A DNA stretch of 32,000 bases from Gemmata obscuriglobus (GCF_008065095.1 NZ_CP042911.1:5490001-5522000), one strand, 5' to 3'. Numbered from the stretch's first letter, positions 7,662-16,895 are shown. Made by a program: numbers and translations. Notes: generated by a model not told the origin, from the sequence alone.

Positions 7662-8075
7662 GTTTGGGGATAACCCGGCGGCCAGGAACGCGGGGAACGA
7701 AGGGGCCATCTCGTGGATGCCGCCAAAGTCGTGATCCTCGACCAGCACTCGCCCGGACGAGAGCTCGATGCCGAACGGGTTGCCGCCGCCATCCCAACCG
7801 ATGATGAACACTCCTCGCATGTGCCAGAACTCGTTGTCCGCTCGGAACTGGCGGTGCGAATCGGCCAACTCGGGCAGCCCGTCGATCCACTCGCCGTCAC
7901 CGCCCACGCGCCCGCCGCACACCGTCAGGTACTCGCGGAACGCTGGCGGGATCGTCCCGAACTCGACCTCGAACGCCCGCAGGTCGCCCTCGGCGGCCGG
8001 CGGGTGGCGTTCCTCCTCAGGGCAGGCGTGCCACGCCGCGACAAGGAGTTGCCGCAGTCGCTCGTTCACATGCAA
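7626..8075 (-). CDS. SMI1/KNR4 (SUKH-1) family protein, copy 1 of 3
   Basis: Motifs IPPAFREYLTVCGG and FIIGWDGGGNPFGIE are typical of SMI1_KNR4. The start is TTG at 8075, or more likely GTG at 8069 (GAGGG 7 nt upstream). The stop lies inside the attC loop. Confidence 0.8.
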   Translation of the reverse strand: MHVNERLRQLLVAAWHACPEEERHPPAAEGDLRAFEVEFGTIPPAFREYLTVCGGRVGGDGEWIDGLPELADSHRQFRADNEFWHMRGVFIIGWDGGGNPFGIELSSGRVLVEDHDFGGIHEMAPSFPAFLAAGLSPNAEPGAAPDTAG

Positions 8076-8085
8076 GCCCTCTGTG

Positions 8086-8176
8086 GCCGAACATAAAGCT
8101 CACCTGCACCGCCATCATCGGATGAGCGGTGCGTTCCGGATCAGCCGGCGGTGTCAGGTGCAGCGCCGGGTTCGGC
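8086..8176 (-). other. attC site
   Basis: canonical arms and R boxes. Confidence 0.8.
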
Positions 8177-8531
8177 TCGCTGACCTCGGCGGTTCCGGGC
8201 GACCCGCCTCGCACCGCGGCTCCGCAGAGCCCGGGCCACCGGTGCGGGCGTGCGGAGCACCGACCCGATGCGCCGTGTCGCGGCACACCGGAGGCCGCGT
8301 ACCACCGCCACACGCGGCGACGAGCCGCGCCCGCCACCGGCGGGCGCCACGCGGAGCACCACCGATCCGAACCGCCGTGTCCCCATGCGCGGCTGGCCGC
8401 GCCCAACCGCACCTCGCGGCGACGAGCCGCGACCGCTACCCACGGCACCACGCGGAGCACCACACGCACGGTTCACCCACGCGGACCACACGCCTCGCAC
8501 CGCCGCCCGCGTGTTCCTGAACGCCCGGGTG
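8177..8531 (-). repeat. ORF-less cassette body, subfamily 1, 355 nt
   Basis: sub-repeat family; hairpin spacing here is 102 nt. Confidence 0.6.
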
Positions 8532-8622
8532 GCCGAACATAAAGCTCACCTGCACTGCCAGGATCGAGTGAGCAACACAACGCAGATCAGATGGCGGTGT
8601 CAGGTGCAGCGCCGGGTTCGGC
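8532..8622 (-). other. attC site
   Basis: canonical, with one mismatch in arm A (ctgcactgcc). Confidence 0.8.
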
Positions 8623-8627
8623 GCGCT

Positions 8628-9077
8628 TTAACCCCACATTACTTTTTCTGGCAGCAAGCCGGGCTGGTTGAAGATGATCCAGAACGAGTGCGCATTCATC
8701 AGGTCGCCCGTGCCATAACCCACCTCGGCCACGTCACCTTTGAAGTGGACGCATTCCAATTGGAGCTGCTCTCGGAACAATTCCGGGTTGGTGATGGACG
8801 ATCTTAACTCCTCAGCCCATTCTGTCCGCTCCCACCAAGAGTACATCCGATCTACTACGAGTTTCAGCATTGTGGGCTCGTTCTCGCAGATCCACGCGAC
8901 GTGCCCTCGAATCGTTTCGAACTCGACGCCGGACATCGGCACCGCCTGATCGGTGGGGAAGATGTACCCCATCACACGCCGCCCACCAAATGCCCCGACA
9001 CGAAATCTCCACCACCGCCATTCCTCATCCCAGAGGACCGGCCCGAGCGTTCCGTCGCGGATCAGGCTATCGTCCAC
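8628..9077 (-). CDS. Cassette-encoded hypothetical protein (149 aa, GTG start)
   Basis: Track ORF with a Trp/Glu-rich normal composition, a GAGG leader, and a stop 6 nt from the attC. Confidence 0.65.
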   Translation of the reverse strand: MDDSLIRDGTLGPVLWDEEWRWWRFRVGAFGGRRVMGYIFPTDQAVPMSGVEFETIRGHVAWICENEPTMLKLVVDRMYSWWERTEWAEELRSSITNPELFREQLQLECVHFKGDVAEVGYGTGDLMNAHSFWIIFNQPGLLPEKVMWG

Positions 9078-9091
9078 GCTTACCTCGGGCG

Positions 9092-9181
9092 GCCGAACAA
9101 TGAGCTCACCTGCACCGCCCGTCTCGATGAGCAGTGCGTTCCGAATCAGCCGGCGGTGTCAGGTGCAGCGCCGGGTTCGGC
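9092..9181 (-). other. attC site
   Basis: canonical arms and R boxes. Confidence 0.8.
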
Positions 9182-9565
9182 GGCTTCGCGCTGGGAGTCT
9201 GGACTGAACCGACTGCCTCCCGCCCACCACTCACGGAACTGAGGCGGTACAACGTTGGGCGGTTGACCGGAGGCGGCTCCCGGGCACGGTGCTTGGTTCT
9301 GAACCACGATGATACCCACGGCGCGAAAGGAGAGGAACTCCGTCGTGGCCCAGTTCCGGGATGACCGAAAGATGCCCGCCTGTCTGGTGACCCAGACTTG
9401 AACGCTCGGACCGCCCAACCCGTTCCACCGCAACCCACGCCCGACCGCGGGCGGTTCGTCAAACACTTGACACTCGTTGGGCTCCAGGCCCAGTGCCACC
9501 AGCACTTCGCCGACCGTTCGCCCGACGAGCAAACCACAGTCTCGGGTCAGGAGGTGTTTCGACAT
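9146..9565 (-). CDS. Cassette-encoded hypothetical protein (139 aa)
   Basis: Internal ATG (MSKHLLTRDC...) of track ORF 9146..9619, which otherwise begins inside the upstream attC. AGAGGGG leader. Reads through the attC arm (tail AEPGAAPDTAG). Confidence 0.55.
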   Translation of the reverse strand: MSKHLLTRDCGLLVGRTVGEVLVALGLEPNECQVFDEPPAVGRGLRWNGLGGPSVQVWVTRQAGIFRSSRNWATTEFLSFRAVGIIVVQNQAPCPGAASGQPPNVVPPQFREWWAGGSRFSPDSQREAAEPGAAPDTAG

Positions 9566-9586
9566 TCGCCGCGCGCCCCTCTGGTT

Positions 9587-9677
9587 GCCGAACAACAAGC
9601 TCACCTGCACCGCCATCATCGGACGAGCGGTGCGTCACAATACAGCGGGCGGTGTCAGGTGCAGCGCCGGGTTCGGC
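9587..9677 (-). other. attC site
   Basis: canonical arms and R boxes. Confidence 0.8.
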
Positions 9678-10036
9678 TCGCTGCCGTCCGCGGTTCCGGG
9701 CGACACGCTCCGCGCCGCGCATCCGCGGAGCCCGGGCCACCGGTGCGACCGGGCGGAGCACCACCGACTCCGCGCGCCGTGTCCCGGCCCACCGGAGGCC
9801 ACCCACCACCGCCACACGCGGCGGTGAGCCGCGCCGACCACCGGCGGGCGCCACGCGGAGCACCACCGACCCGCACCACCGTGTCCCTATCCGCACCGGG
9901 CCGCGCCCACCCGCACCTCGCGGCGACGAGCCGCGCCAGACCCAACCGGCACCACGCGAAGCCCCACTGCACCGTCTCACGCGCCGCGGACCACACGCAC
10001 ACCGCCGCCGCACGCGTGATCGAGCGCCTCGGGGTG
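9678..10036 (-). repeat. ORF-less cassette body, subfamily 1, 359 nt
   Basis: sub-repeat family. Confidence 0.65.
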
Positions 10037-10127
10037 GCCGAACAATGAGCTCACCTGCAACGCCATCACCGGATCAGCGGTGCGCCCCAAGTCAGATGGC
10101 GGTGTCAGGTGCAGCGCCGGGTTCGGC
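10037..10127 (-). other. attC site
   Basis: canonical arms and R boxes. Confidence 0.8.
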
Positions 10128-10485
10128 TCGCTCACGTCCGCGGTTCCGGGGCACACGCCCCACGCCGCGCATCCGCGGAGCCCGCCCACCGGTGCGGCCG
10201 AGCGGAGCCACCACCGACCCCACGCGCCGTGTCGCGGCACGCCGGAGGCCACCCACCACCGCACTTCGCGGCGACGAGCCGCGCCCGCCCTGACGCGCAC
10301 CACGCGGAGCACCACCGACCCGACCCGCCGTGTCCCCACGCACCGCCAGCCGCGCTCAACCGCACCTCGCGGCGGCGAGCCGCGCCAGACCCGACCGGCA
10401 CCACGCGGAGCCCGACACGCGAGATTCACTCACGCGGACCACACGCACACCACCGCCGCACGCGCGCTCCTGCACGCTCGGGCGT
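10128..10485 (-). repeat. ORF-less cassette body, subfamily 1, 358 nt
   Basis: sub-repeat family. Confidence 0.65.
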
Positions 10486-10576
10486 GCCGAACAACAAGCT
10501 CACCTGCACCGCCATCACACGATGAGCGATGCGTCCCAAGTCCGATGGCGGTGTCAGGTGCAGCGCCGGGTTCGGC
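10486..10576 (-). other. attC site
   Basis: canonical arms and R boxes. Confidence 0.8.
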
Positions 10577-10596
10577 GTCTTGGCGCTGCCAATCAC

Positions 10597-10977
10597 CTAC
10601 CCGTCCCAGCCTGTGCCGGCCCGATCGCGAATCCAGCCGTCCAACACCTCCAGGGCAGACGCCTGGGCTGAGTCGGCCACGCCCCACGGAGGGATGGGGC
10701 CGGGGTTGGGCAGGCCCATGCCGCTCGGCGGCCAATGCCACCCTCCGCCCGCGATCCGGCAGCCGGTCAGCCGCCCGGACAAGCCGGCCATGAGTGCCTG
10801 AGGAACGGCGTCCAACGCCTCTACCACCGACGGCAGATCGGTGGGAAAGTCCAGCACCGCGAAGGCAAACCGATCCAGCAGCCAGCCGCTTGTCTCGGTC
10901 GCGGTCACCACCTCGCGCTCCCACAGGCTCACACGCCGCGCCACGTCCGACTTCAGCGTTGCGAGAGGAAACAGCAT
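10597..10977 (-). CDS. Cassette-encoded hypothetical protein (126 aa)
   Basis: Internal ATG (MLFPLATLKS...) of track ORF 10597..11013, with GGAGG 5 nt upstream. Confidence 0.55.
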   Translation of the reverse strand: MLFPLATLKSDVARRVSLWEREVVTATETSGWLLDRFAFAVLDFPTDLPSVVEALDAVPQALMAGLSGRLTGCRIAGGGWHWPPSGMGLPNPGPIPPWGVADSAQASALEVLDGWIRDRAGTGWDG

Positions 10978-10989
10978 CGCGCCTCCGCC

Positions 10990-11079
10990 GCCGAACAAAC
11001 AGCTCACCTGCACCGCCCGTCCCGATGAGCGATGCCTCCCGAATCAGCCGGCGGTGTCAGGTGCAGCGCCGGGTTCGGC
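10990..11079 (-). other. attC site
   Basis: canonical; identical to 5235-5324. Confidence 0.8.
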
Positions 11080-11416
11080 TTCTGCGCCCACCGTCGCGGT
11101 TCCGCGGAGCCCGCGCCCGCGCCGCGCATCCGCGGAGCCACCACCGACCCGCACCACCGTGCCGCGGCACACCGGTGGCCGCCCACCACCGACACCCGCG
11201 GCGGTGAGCCGCGCCCGCCAACCACGGGCACCACGCGGAGCACCACCGACCCGCACCACCGTGTCCCCACCCACACCGGGCCACGACCACCCGCACCTCG
11301 CGGCGGCGAGCCGCGCCAACCACCAGCAGGCCACACGCGGAGCCCGACACCCGGGGTTCACCCACGCGGACCACACGCCCACTACCGCCGCACGCGCGCT
11401 CCTGCACGCGATGGTT
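11080..11416 (-). repeat. ORF-less cassette body, subfamily 2, 337 nt
   Basis: identical to 5325-5661. Confidence 0.65.
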
Positions 11417-11507
11417 GCCGAACATAAAGCTCACCTGCACCGCCATCACCGGATGAGCGGTGCGCCCCCAATCAGCCGGCGGTGTCAGGTGCAGCGCCGG
11501 GTTCGGC
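11417..11507 (-). other. attC site
   Basis: canonical; identical to 7571-7661. Confidence 0.8.
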
Positions 11508-11921
11508 GTTTGGGGATAACCCGGCGGCCAGGAACGCGGGGAACGAAGGGGCCATCTCGTGGATGCCGCCAAAGTCGTGATCCTCGACCAGCACTCGCCC
11601 GGACGAGAGCTCGATGCCGAACGGGTTGCCGCCGCCATCCCAACCGATGATGAACACTCCTCGCATGTGCCAGAACTCGTTGTCCGCTCGGAACTGGCGG
11701 TGCGAATCGGCCAACTCGGGCAGCCCGTCGATCCACTCGCCGTCACCGCCCACGCGCCCGCCGCACACCGTCAGGTACTCGCGGAACGCTGGCGGGATCG
11801 TCCCGAACTCGACCTCGAACGCCCGCAGGTCGCCCTCGGCGGCCGGCGGGTGGCGTTCCTCCTCAGGGCAGGCGTGCCACGCCGCGACAAGGAGTTGCCG
11901 CAGTCGCTCGTTCACATGCAA
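11472..11921 (-). CDS. SMI1/KNR4 (SUKH-1) family protein, copy 2 of 3
   Basis: All overlapping track ORFs translate identically to those at 7626-8096. Confidence 0.8.
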   Translation of the reverse strand: MHVNERLRQLLVAAWHACPEEERHPPAAEGDLRAFEVEFGTIPPAFREYLTVCGGRVGGDGEWIDGLPELADSHRQFRADNEFWHMRGVFIIGWDGGGNPFGIELSSGRVLVEDHDFGGIHEMAPSFPAFLAAGLSPNAEPGAAPDTAG

Positions 11922-11931
11922 GCCCTCTGTG

Positions 11932-12022
11932 GCCGAACATAAAGCTCACCTGCACCGCCATCATCGGACAAGCGATGCGTTCCAGATCAGCGGGCGGTGT
12001 CAGGTGCAGCGCCGGGTTCGGC
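11932..12022 (-). other. attC site
   Basis: canonical arms and R boxes. Confidence 0.8.
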
Positions 12023-12052
12023 TTGCCTTCGGGCACTGTGACTCCGTAAGCA

Positions 12053-12421
12053 TCAAGTGGAACCGGACAACTCGGCGTGGGTCAGCACCCACGGGCACTC
12101 CATGCTCGCGTCGTGACGGAGCGTGAGCCGGTATGGGCCGCCGGGCAACGTGTCGCTCTCGGTCGTGCGCTCGGCGGTTGCGACCACGAAGCCGTCGCCG
12201 ACTTCGACGACGCGCCCCGTGAGGATGGCCCATCCCCCGTCCTCTGTCCACACCTGCACCTTGACGCGGTGCCGCACGGCCGGCGGTTCGCCTGGCAGTA
12301 GCCACTCGCCGCGCTGCTCGGGGCGCACTTGGAGGATGTGGGCGACGAGGTCGTCCCTATGGAACCCCTCGACGATTCCGCACGCCATCGTTGGGGGTGG
12401 GTCGGCATCAACGTCGCTCAT
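12053..12421 (-). CDS. Cassette-encoded hypothetical protein (122 aa), paralog of 12939..13310
   Basis: ATG start with GAGG 6 nt upstream. Shares the block GIVEGFHRDDLVA...VKVQVWTEDGGWAILTGRVVEVGDG with the neighbouring cassette. Confidence 0.7.
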   Translation of the reverse strand: MSDVDADPPPTMACGIVEGFHRDDLVAHILQVRPEQRGEWLLPGEPPAVRHRVKVQVWTEDGGWAILTGRVVEVGDGFVVATAERTTESDTLPGGPYRLTLRHDASMECPWVLTHAELSGST

Positions 12422-12472
12422 GGACGACCTCAGGAAGCGAAATCTGCCGGTTCACTCCCGCAGGCTTCCGCC

Positions 12473-12563
12473 GCCGAACAATGAGCTCACCTGCACCGCC
12501 ATCACCGGATGAGCGGTGCGTCCCAAGTCCGATGGCGGTGTCAGGTGCAGCGCTGGGTTCGGC
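12473..12563 (-). other. attC site
   Basis: canonical arms (spacer gctgg). Confidence 0.8.
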
Positions 12564-12819
12564 TCGATGCCCTCGGCGTTTCCGGGTTGCACGCCGAGCG
12601 CCGCGCCTCCGCGGAGCCCGCGGCACCGGTGCGTGCGGGCGGAGCATCACCGCCTCGATGCGCCGTGTCGCGGCCCACCGAGGGCCACCCACCACTGCAC
12701 CTCGCGGCGATGAGCCGCGCCAGCACCGACCGGCACCAGGCGGAGCCCGACACACGGGTTTCACCACCGCGGGCCACACGCCTACTGCCGCCGCACGCGC
12801 GCTCCTGCGACCTCGGGTT
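12564..12819 (-). repeat. ORF-less cassette body, subfamily 1, short form 256 nt (1 core hairpin)
   Basis: sub-repeat family lacking one ~101-nt unit. Confidence 0.65.
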
Positions 12820-12910
12820 GCCGAACATAAAGCTCACCTGCACCGCCATCATCGGATGAGCGATGCGCTCCGAATCAGCCGGCGGTGTCAGGTGCAGCGC
12901 CGGGTTCGGC
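12820..12910 (-). other. attC site
   Basis: canonical arms and R boxes. Confidence 0.8.
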
Positions 12911-12938
12911 GTGCCTTTACTCCCGGCGACGACGAACA

Positions 12939-13310
12939 TCAGGGGAAACTGGACAGCTCGGCATGGGTCAGCACCCAGGAGCACTCCATCCGTGCATCGT
13001 GACGGAGCGTGAGCCGGTACGGGCCGCCCGGCAACGCGTCCTCGTCGTCGGTGGTGCGTTCGGCGGTCGCCACCACGACGCCGTCGCCGACCTCGACCAC
13101 GCGCCCCGTCAGGATGGCCCATCCGCCGTCCTCCGTCCACACCTGGACCTTGACGCGGTGCCGCACGGCCGGCGGCTCGTCCGAGAGCAGCCACTCGCCG
13201 CGCTGCTCGGGGCGCCGCTGCAGGATGGGGGCGACGAGGTCGTCCCGGTGGAACCCCTCCACGATCCCGCAGCACATAGCTGGGTGATTGCCGGGAGCCG
13301 CATCGCTCAT
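12939..13310 (-). CDS. Cassette-encoded hypothetical protein (123 aa), paralog of 12053..12421
   Basis: Internal ATG (MSDAAPGNHP...) of track ORF 12939..13712, with GGAGG 7 nt upstream. Confidence 0.7.
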   Translation of the reverse strand: MSDAAPGNHPAMCCGIVEGFHRDDLVAPILQRRPEQRGEWLLSDEPPAVRHRVKVQVWTEDGGWAILTGRVVEVGDGVVVATAERTTDDEDALPGGPYRLTLRHDARMECSWVLTHAELSSFP

Positions 13311-13342
13311 GGACGAGCCTCCGCTGATGTCTGCCTTCCGCC

Positions 13343-13433
13343 GCCGAACATAAAGCTCACCTGCACCGCCATGATGCAAGCCGCAATGCGTTACAGAGCA
13401 GCGGGCGGTGTCAGGTGCAGCGCCGGGTTCGGC
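13343..13433 (-). other. attC site
   Basis: canonical arms and R boxes. Confidence 0.8.
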
Positions 13434-13789
13434 TCGCTCACGTCCGCGGTTCCGGGTCACGCGCCGAGCGATGCGGCTCCGCGGAGCCCGGGCCACCGGT
13501 GCGACCCGGCGGAGCACCACCGGCTCCCCGCGCCGTGTCCCGGCACACCGAGGGCCACCCACCACCGCACCTCGCGGCGATGAGCCGCGCCCACCACCCA
13601 CGGGCACCACGCGGAGCACCACCGACCCGAACCACCGTGTCCCACGATACCACCAGCCACGCTCACCGCAAGCTCGCGGCGACGAGCCGCGCCCGTCGCA
13701 CTCGGGCACCACGCGGAGCCCGACACGTAGGGTTCACCCACGCGGACCACACGCACACCGCCGCACGCGCGATCCAGAACGCGAGGGTG
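13434..13789 (-). repeat. ORF-less cassette body, subfamily 1, 356 nt
   Basis: sub-repeat family; its 5' boundary joins the alternative attC-like site. Confidence 0.65.
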
Positions 13790-13942
13790 GCCGAACCAGG
13801 AGCTGAGCTGCAAGCCGCCCCTCTCAGGGCGGTCTCCCCTTGCTCCCGCGACGGCTGGTCAGCTCCAGCGGGGGGTTCGGCCGACGGCCGCCTCCTTCCG
13901 CCAGAGGATGAGTGAGCGTTGCAGCTCAGCTCCTGGTTCGGC
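13790..13942 (-). other. Alternative 153-nt palindromic attC-like site (copy 2 of 3)
   Basis: same 24-bp terminal inverted repeat as 2047-2199. Confidence 0.5.
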
Positions 13943-14115
13943 CGCCGCCGGATGAGCTCAGCCCACCGGGGACATCGCACGGCGGGAGATCACCATGCGA
14001 CCTCAGGCCGCTCGGATCGGCGGGCCCTCGTCGGTCGCCTTCACCAGGGGGGAGGTGGCGACAACCTTACGACCGCCCGCCGATCCGCGGCGCTTGCAAC
14101 CACCTCACGGCGGCG
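13943..14115 (-). repeat. 173-nt ORF-less hairpin cassette body (copy 2 of 3)
   Basis: same sequence as 2200-2372. Confidence 0.55.
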
Positions 14116-14206
14116 GCCGAACGAACAGCTCACCTGCACCGCCACCATCGGATGAGCGATGCGTTCCAAATTAGCCGGCGGTGTCAGGTGCAGCGCCGGG
14201 TTCGGC
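14116..14206 (-). other. attC site
   Basis: canonical arms and R boxes. Confidence 0.8.
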
Positions 14207-14210
14207 GCGG

Positions 14211-14567
14211 CTATACTACCCGGTCGGGCGACTCGCTACCTGGTTCGGCGTCTTGCGGCCGGGGCACGCGGTAGAGGCGTGTCCCAGGGGTGATCGGAAA
14301 ATCGGCCCACCCTCGCACCAGTACTCCAACCTCGTCGCCCCGGCGCACCTCATCTAGGGTCTGCATCCACCGCTCGATTGCAACCGCGACGCCCCGGCAG
14401 ATCAGGCGGTCTGCCACCGCGACGACACGATCGCCGACCCGCAGCACCTCGCACTCGACGCGGCCGACGAGGATGGTGCCCTTCGCCCGCATCACGTGCT
14501 CGGCAGTGAGGATCAATTCCGCCCCGGCGGGTAACTGGTCACAGGGGCCGATCACCGCCTCGCCCAC
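14211..14567 (-). CDS. Stand-alone EF-Tu domain-II-like (GTP_EFTU_D2) beta-barrel protein (118 aa, GTG start)
   Basis: GTILVGRVECEVLRVGDRVVAV...IERWMQTLDEVRRGDEVGVLVRG aligns by eye to EF-Tu [22 protein letters not shown]...[23 protein letters not shown]. Confidence 0.7.
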   Translation of the reverse strand: MGEAVIGPCDQLPAGAELILTAEHVMRAKGTILVGRVECEVLRVGDRVVAVADRLICRGVAVAIERWMQTLDEVRRGDEVGVLVRGWADFPITPGTRLYRVPRPQDAEPGSESPDRVV

Positions 14568-14583
14568 CGTGCGCCCTCGGGTG

Positions 14584-14674
14584 GCCGAACAGAAAGCTCA
14601 CCTGCACCGCCATGATACAGTGAGCGGTGCGTCCCGAATCAGATGGCGGTGTCAGGTGCAGCGCCGGGTTCGGC
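14584..14674 (-). other. attC site
   Basis: canonical arms and R boxes. Confidence 0.8.
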
Positions 14675-15032
14675 TCGCTTACCTCGGCGGTTCCGGGCCT
14701 CACGCTGAGCGCCGCGCATCCGCTGTGCGCGTGCCACCAATGCGAGCGTGCGGAGCACCACCGATCCGACGTACCGTGCCGCGGCCCACCGGAGGCCGGC
14801 ACCAACCGCCACCCGCGGCGACGAGCCGCGCCAGCCCTGATCGGCACCACGCGGAGCCCCACCGACTCGCGCCACCGTGTCCCCACTCACTGCCCGCCAC
14901 GCCCAACCGCACCTCGCGGCGATGAGCCGCGCCGGCCACTCGCGGGCACCACGCGGAGCCCGACACGCACTGTTCACCTTTGCGGACCATACGTTCAGCG
15001 CCGCCGCACGCGCGATCGAGCGCCTTGGGGTT
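14675..15032 (-). repeat. ORF-less cassette body, subfamily 1, 358 nt
   Basis: duplicate of 4033-4390. Confidence 0.65.
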
Positions 15033-15123
15033 GCCGAACATAAAGCTCACCTGCACCGCCCTCACCGGATGAGCGGTGCGTCCCGAATCAGCCGGCGGTG
15101 TCAGGTGCAGCGCCGGGTTCGGC
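15033..15123 (-). other. attC site
   Basis: canonical; contains the stop of SUKH copy 3. Confidence 0.8.
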
Positions 15124-15537
15124 GTTTGGGGATAACCCGGCGGCCAGGAACGCGGGGAACGAAGGGGCCATCTCGTGGATGCCGCCAAAGTCGTGATCCT
15201 CGACCAGCACTCGCCCGGACGAGAGCTCGATGCCGAACGGGTTGCCGCCGCCATCCCAACCGATGATGAACACTCCTCGCATGTGCCAGAACTCGTTGTC
15301 CGCTCGGAACTGGCGGTGCGAATCGGCCAACTCGGGCAGCCCGTCGATCCACTCGCCGTCACCGCCCACGCGCCCGCCGCACACCGTCAGGTACTCGCGG
15401 AACGCTGGCGGGATCGTCCCGAACTCGACCTCGAACGCCCGCAGGTCGCCCTCGGCGGCCGGCGGGTGGCGTTCCTCCTCAGGGCAGGCGTGCCACGCCG
15501 CGACAAGGAGTTGCCGCAGTCGCTCGTTCACATGCAA
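15088..15537 (-). CDS. SMI1/KNR4 (SUKH-1) family protein, copy 3 of 3
   Basis: Translations are identical to copies 1 and 2 in all frames. Confidence 0.8.
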   Translation of the reverse strand: MHVNERLRQLLVAAWHACPEEERHPPAAEGDLRAFEVEFGTIPPAFREYLTVCGGRVGGDGEWIDGLPELADSHRQFRADNEFWHMRGVFIIGWDGGGNPFGIELSSGRVLVEDHDFGGIHEMAPSFPAFLAAGLSPNAEPGAAPDTAG

Positions 15538-15547
15538 GCCCTCTGTG

Positions 15548-15638
15548 GCCGAACATAAAGCTCACCTGCACCGCCATCATCGGATCAGCAGTGCGTCACA
15601 ATGCAGCGGGCGGTGTCAGGTGCAGCGCCGGGTTCGGC
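15548..15638 (-). other. attC site
   Basis: canonical arms and R boxes. Confidence 0.8.
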
Positions 15639-15893
15639 TCGCTCACGTCCGCGGTTCCGGGCGGCACGCCCCGCACCGCGGCTCCGCGGAGCCCGGGCCA
15701 CCCACGGACCACACGCGGAGCACCACCGACTCCGCGCGCCGTGTCCCCACGCGCCTCCGGCCACGCCCAACCGTACCTCGCGGCGATGAGCCGCGCCAGC
15801 TACCACGGGCACCACGCGGAGCGCCACACCGCCGCTTGATGCCCTGCGGACCACACGCCTACCGCCGCACGCACACTCATGCACGCGAGGGCG
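15639..15893 (-). repeat. ORF-less cassette body, subfamily 1, short form 255 nt
   Basis: sub-repeat family. Confidence 0.65.
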
Positions 15894-15984
15894 GCCGAAC
15901 GAACAGCTCACCTGCACCGCCATCACCGGATGAGCGGTGCGTCACAAATCAGCGGGCGGTGTCAGGTGCAGCGCCGGGTTCGGC
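15894..15984 (-). other. attC site
   Basis: canonical arms and R boxes. Confidence 0.8.
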
Positions 15985-16355
15985 TCGCGGCCGTCCGCGG
16001 TTCCGGGCCACACGCTCGGCGCCGCGCATCTGCGGATGCCCGCGGCACCGGTGCGGCCCTGCGGAGCATCACCGACTCCGCGCGCCGTGTCGCGGCCCAC
16101 CGTGGCCACCCACCACGGCCACCCGCGGCGGTGAGCCGCGCCCGCCACCCACGGGCACCACGCGGAGCACCACCGACCCGCACCGCCGTGTCCCGATGCA
16201 CCACCCGCCACGCTCACCGCAAGCTCGCGGCGGTGAGCCGCGCCACACACCCACGGGCACCACGCGGAGCCCGACGCGGAGCCCGACGCGCGGGGTTCAC
16301 CCACGCGGACCACGCGCCCACCACCGCCGCACGCGCCCTCATGCACGGTCGGGTG
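15985..16355 (-). repeat. ORF-less cassette body, subfamily 1, 371 nt
   Basis: sub-repeat family. Confidence 0.65.
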
Positions 16356-16445
16356 GCCGAACGAACAGCTCACCTGCACCGCCAGGGTGAAGTGAGCACC
16401 ACAACTATGGCCGATGGCGGTGTCAGGTGCAGCGCCGGGTTCGGC
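16356..16445 (-). other. attC site
   Basis: canonical arms and R boxes. Confidence 0.8.
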
Positions 16446-16804
16446 GCGCTCACGTCCGCGGTTCCGAGCCATGCGCCCAGCACCGCGCATCCGCGGAGCC
16501 CGTGCCACCGGTGCGGGCGGGCGGAGCACCACCGGCCCCACGCACCGTGTCGCGGCACACCGGAGGCCACCCACCACTGGACCGCGCGGCGACGAGCCGC
16601 GCCCGCCACCCACCGGCACCACGCGGAGCACCACCGACCCGATGCACCGTGTCCCCTCGCGCCGCCGGCCACGCCCACCGCCACTCGCGGCGACGAGCCG
16701 CGCGGGCCACCGGCGGGGCACCACGCGGAGCCCGATACACCGGCGCCACCACCGCGGACCACACGCCCCGCACCGCCGCCCCCGCGCTCATGCACGCGAT
16801 GGTG
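16446..16804 (-). repeat. ORF-less cassette body, subfamily 1, 359 nt
   Basis: sub-repeat family. Confidence 0.65.
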
Positions 16805-16895
16805 GCCGAACATAAAGCTCACCTGCACCGCCATGATGCAGGATGCGGTGCGTCGCAGTTAAGCGGGCGGTGTCAGGTGCAGCGCCGGGTTCGGC
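16805..16895 (-). other. attC site
   Basis: canonical arms and R boxes. Confidence 0.8.

Noticed and set aside
7160-7900. 246-aa minus-strand ORF (also 11057..11746 and 14700..15362) and the plus-strand ORFs 7713..8096 and 7768..8520 overlapping the SUKH gene
   Set aside because: These are alternative frames of the SUKH cassette that extend into neighbouring repeats. Only the SUKH frame has recognisable family motifs.
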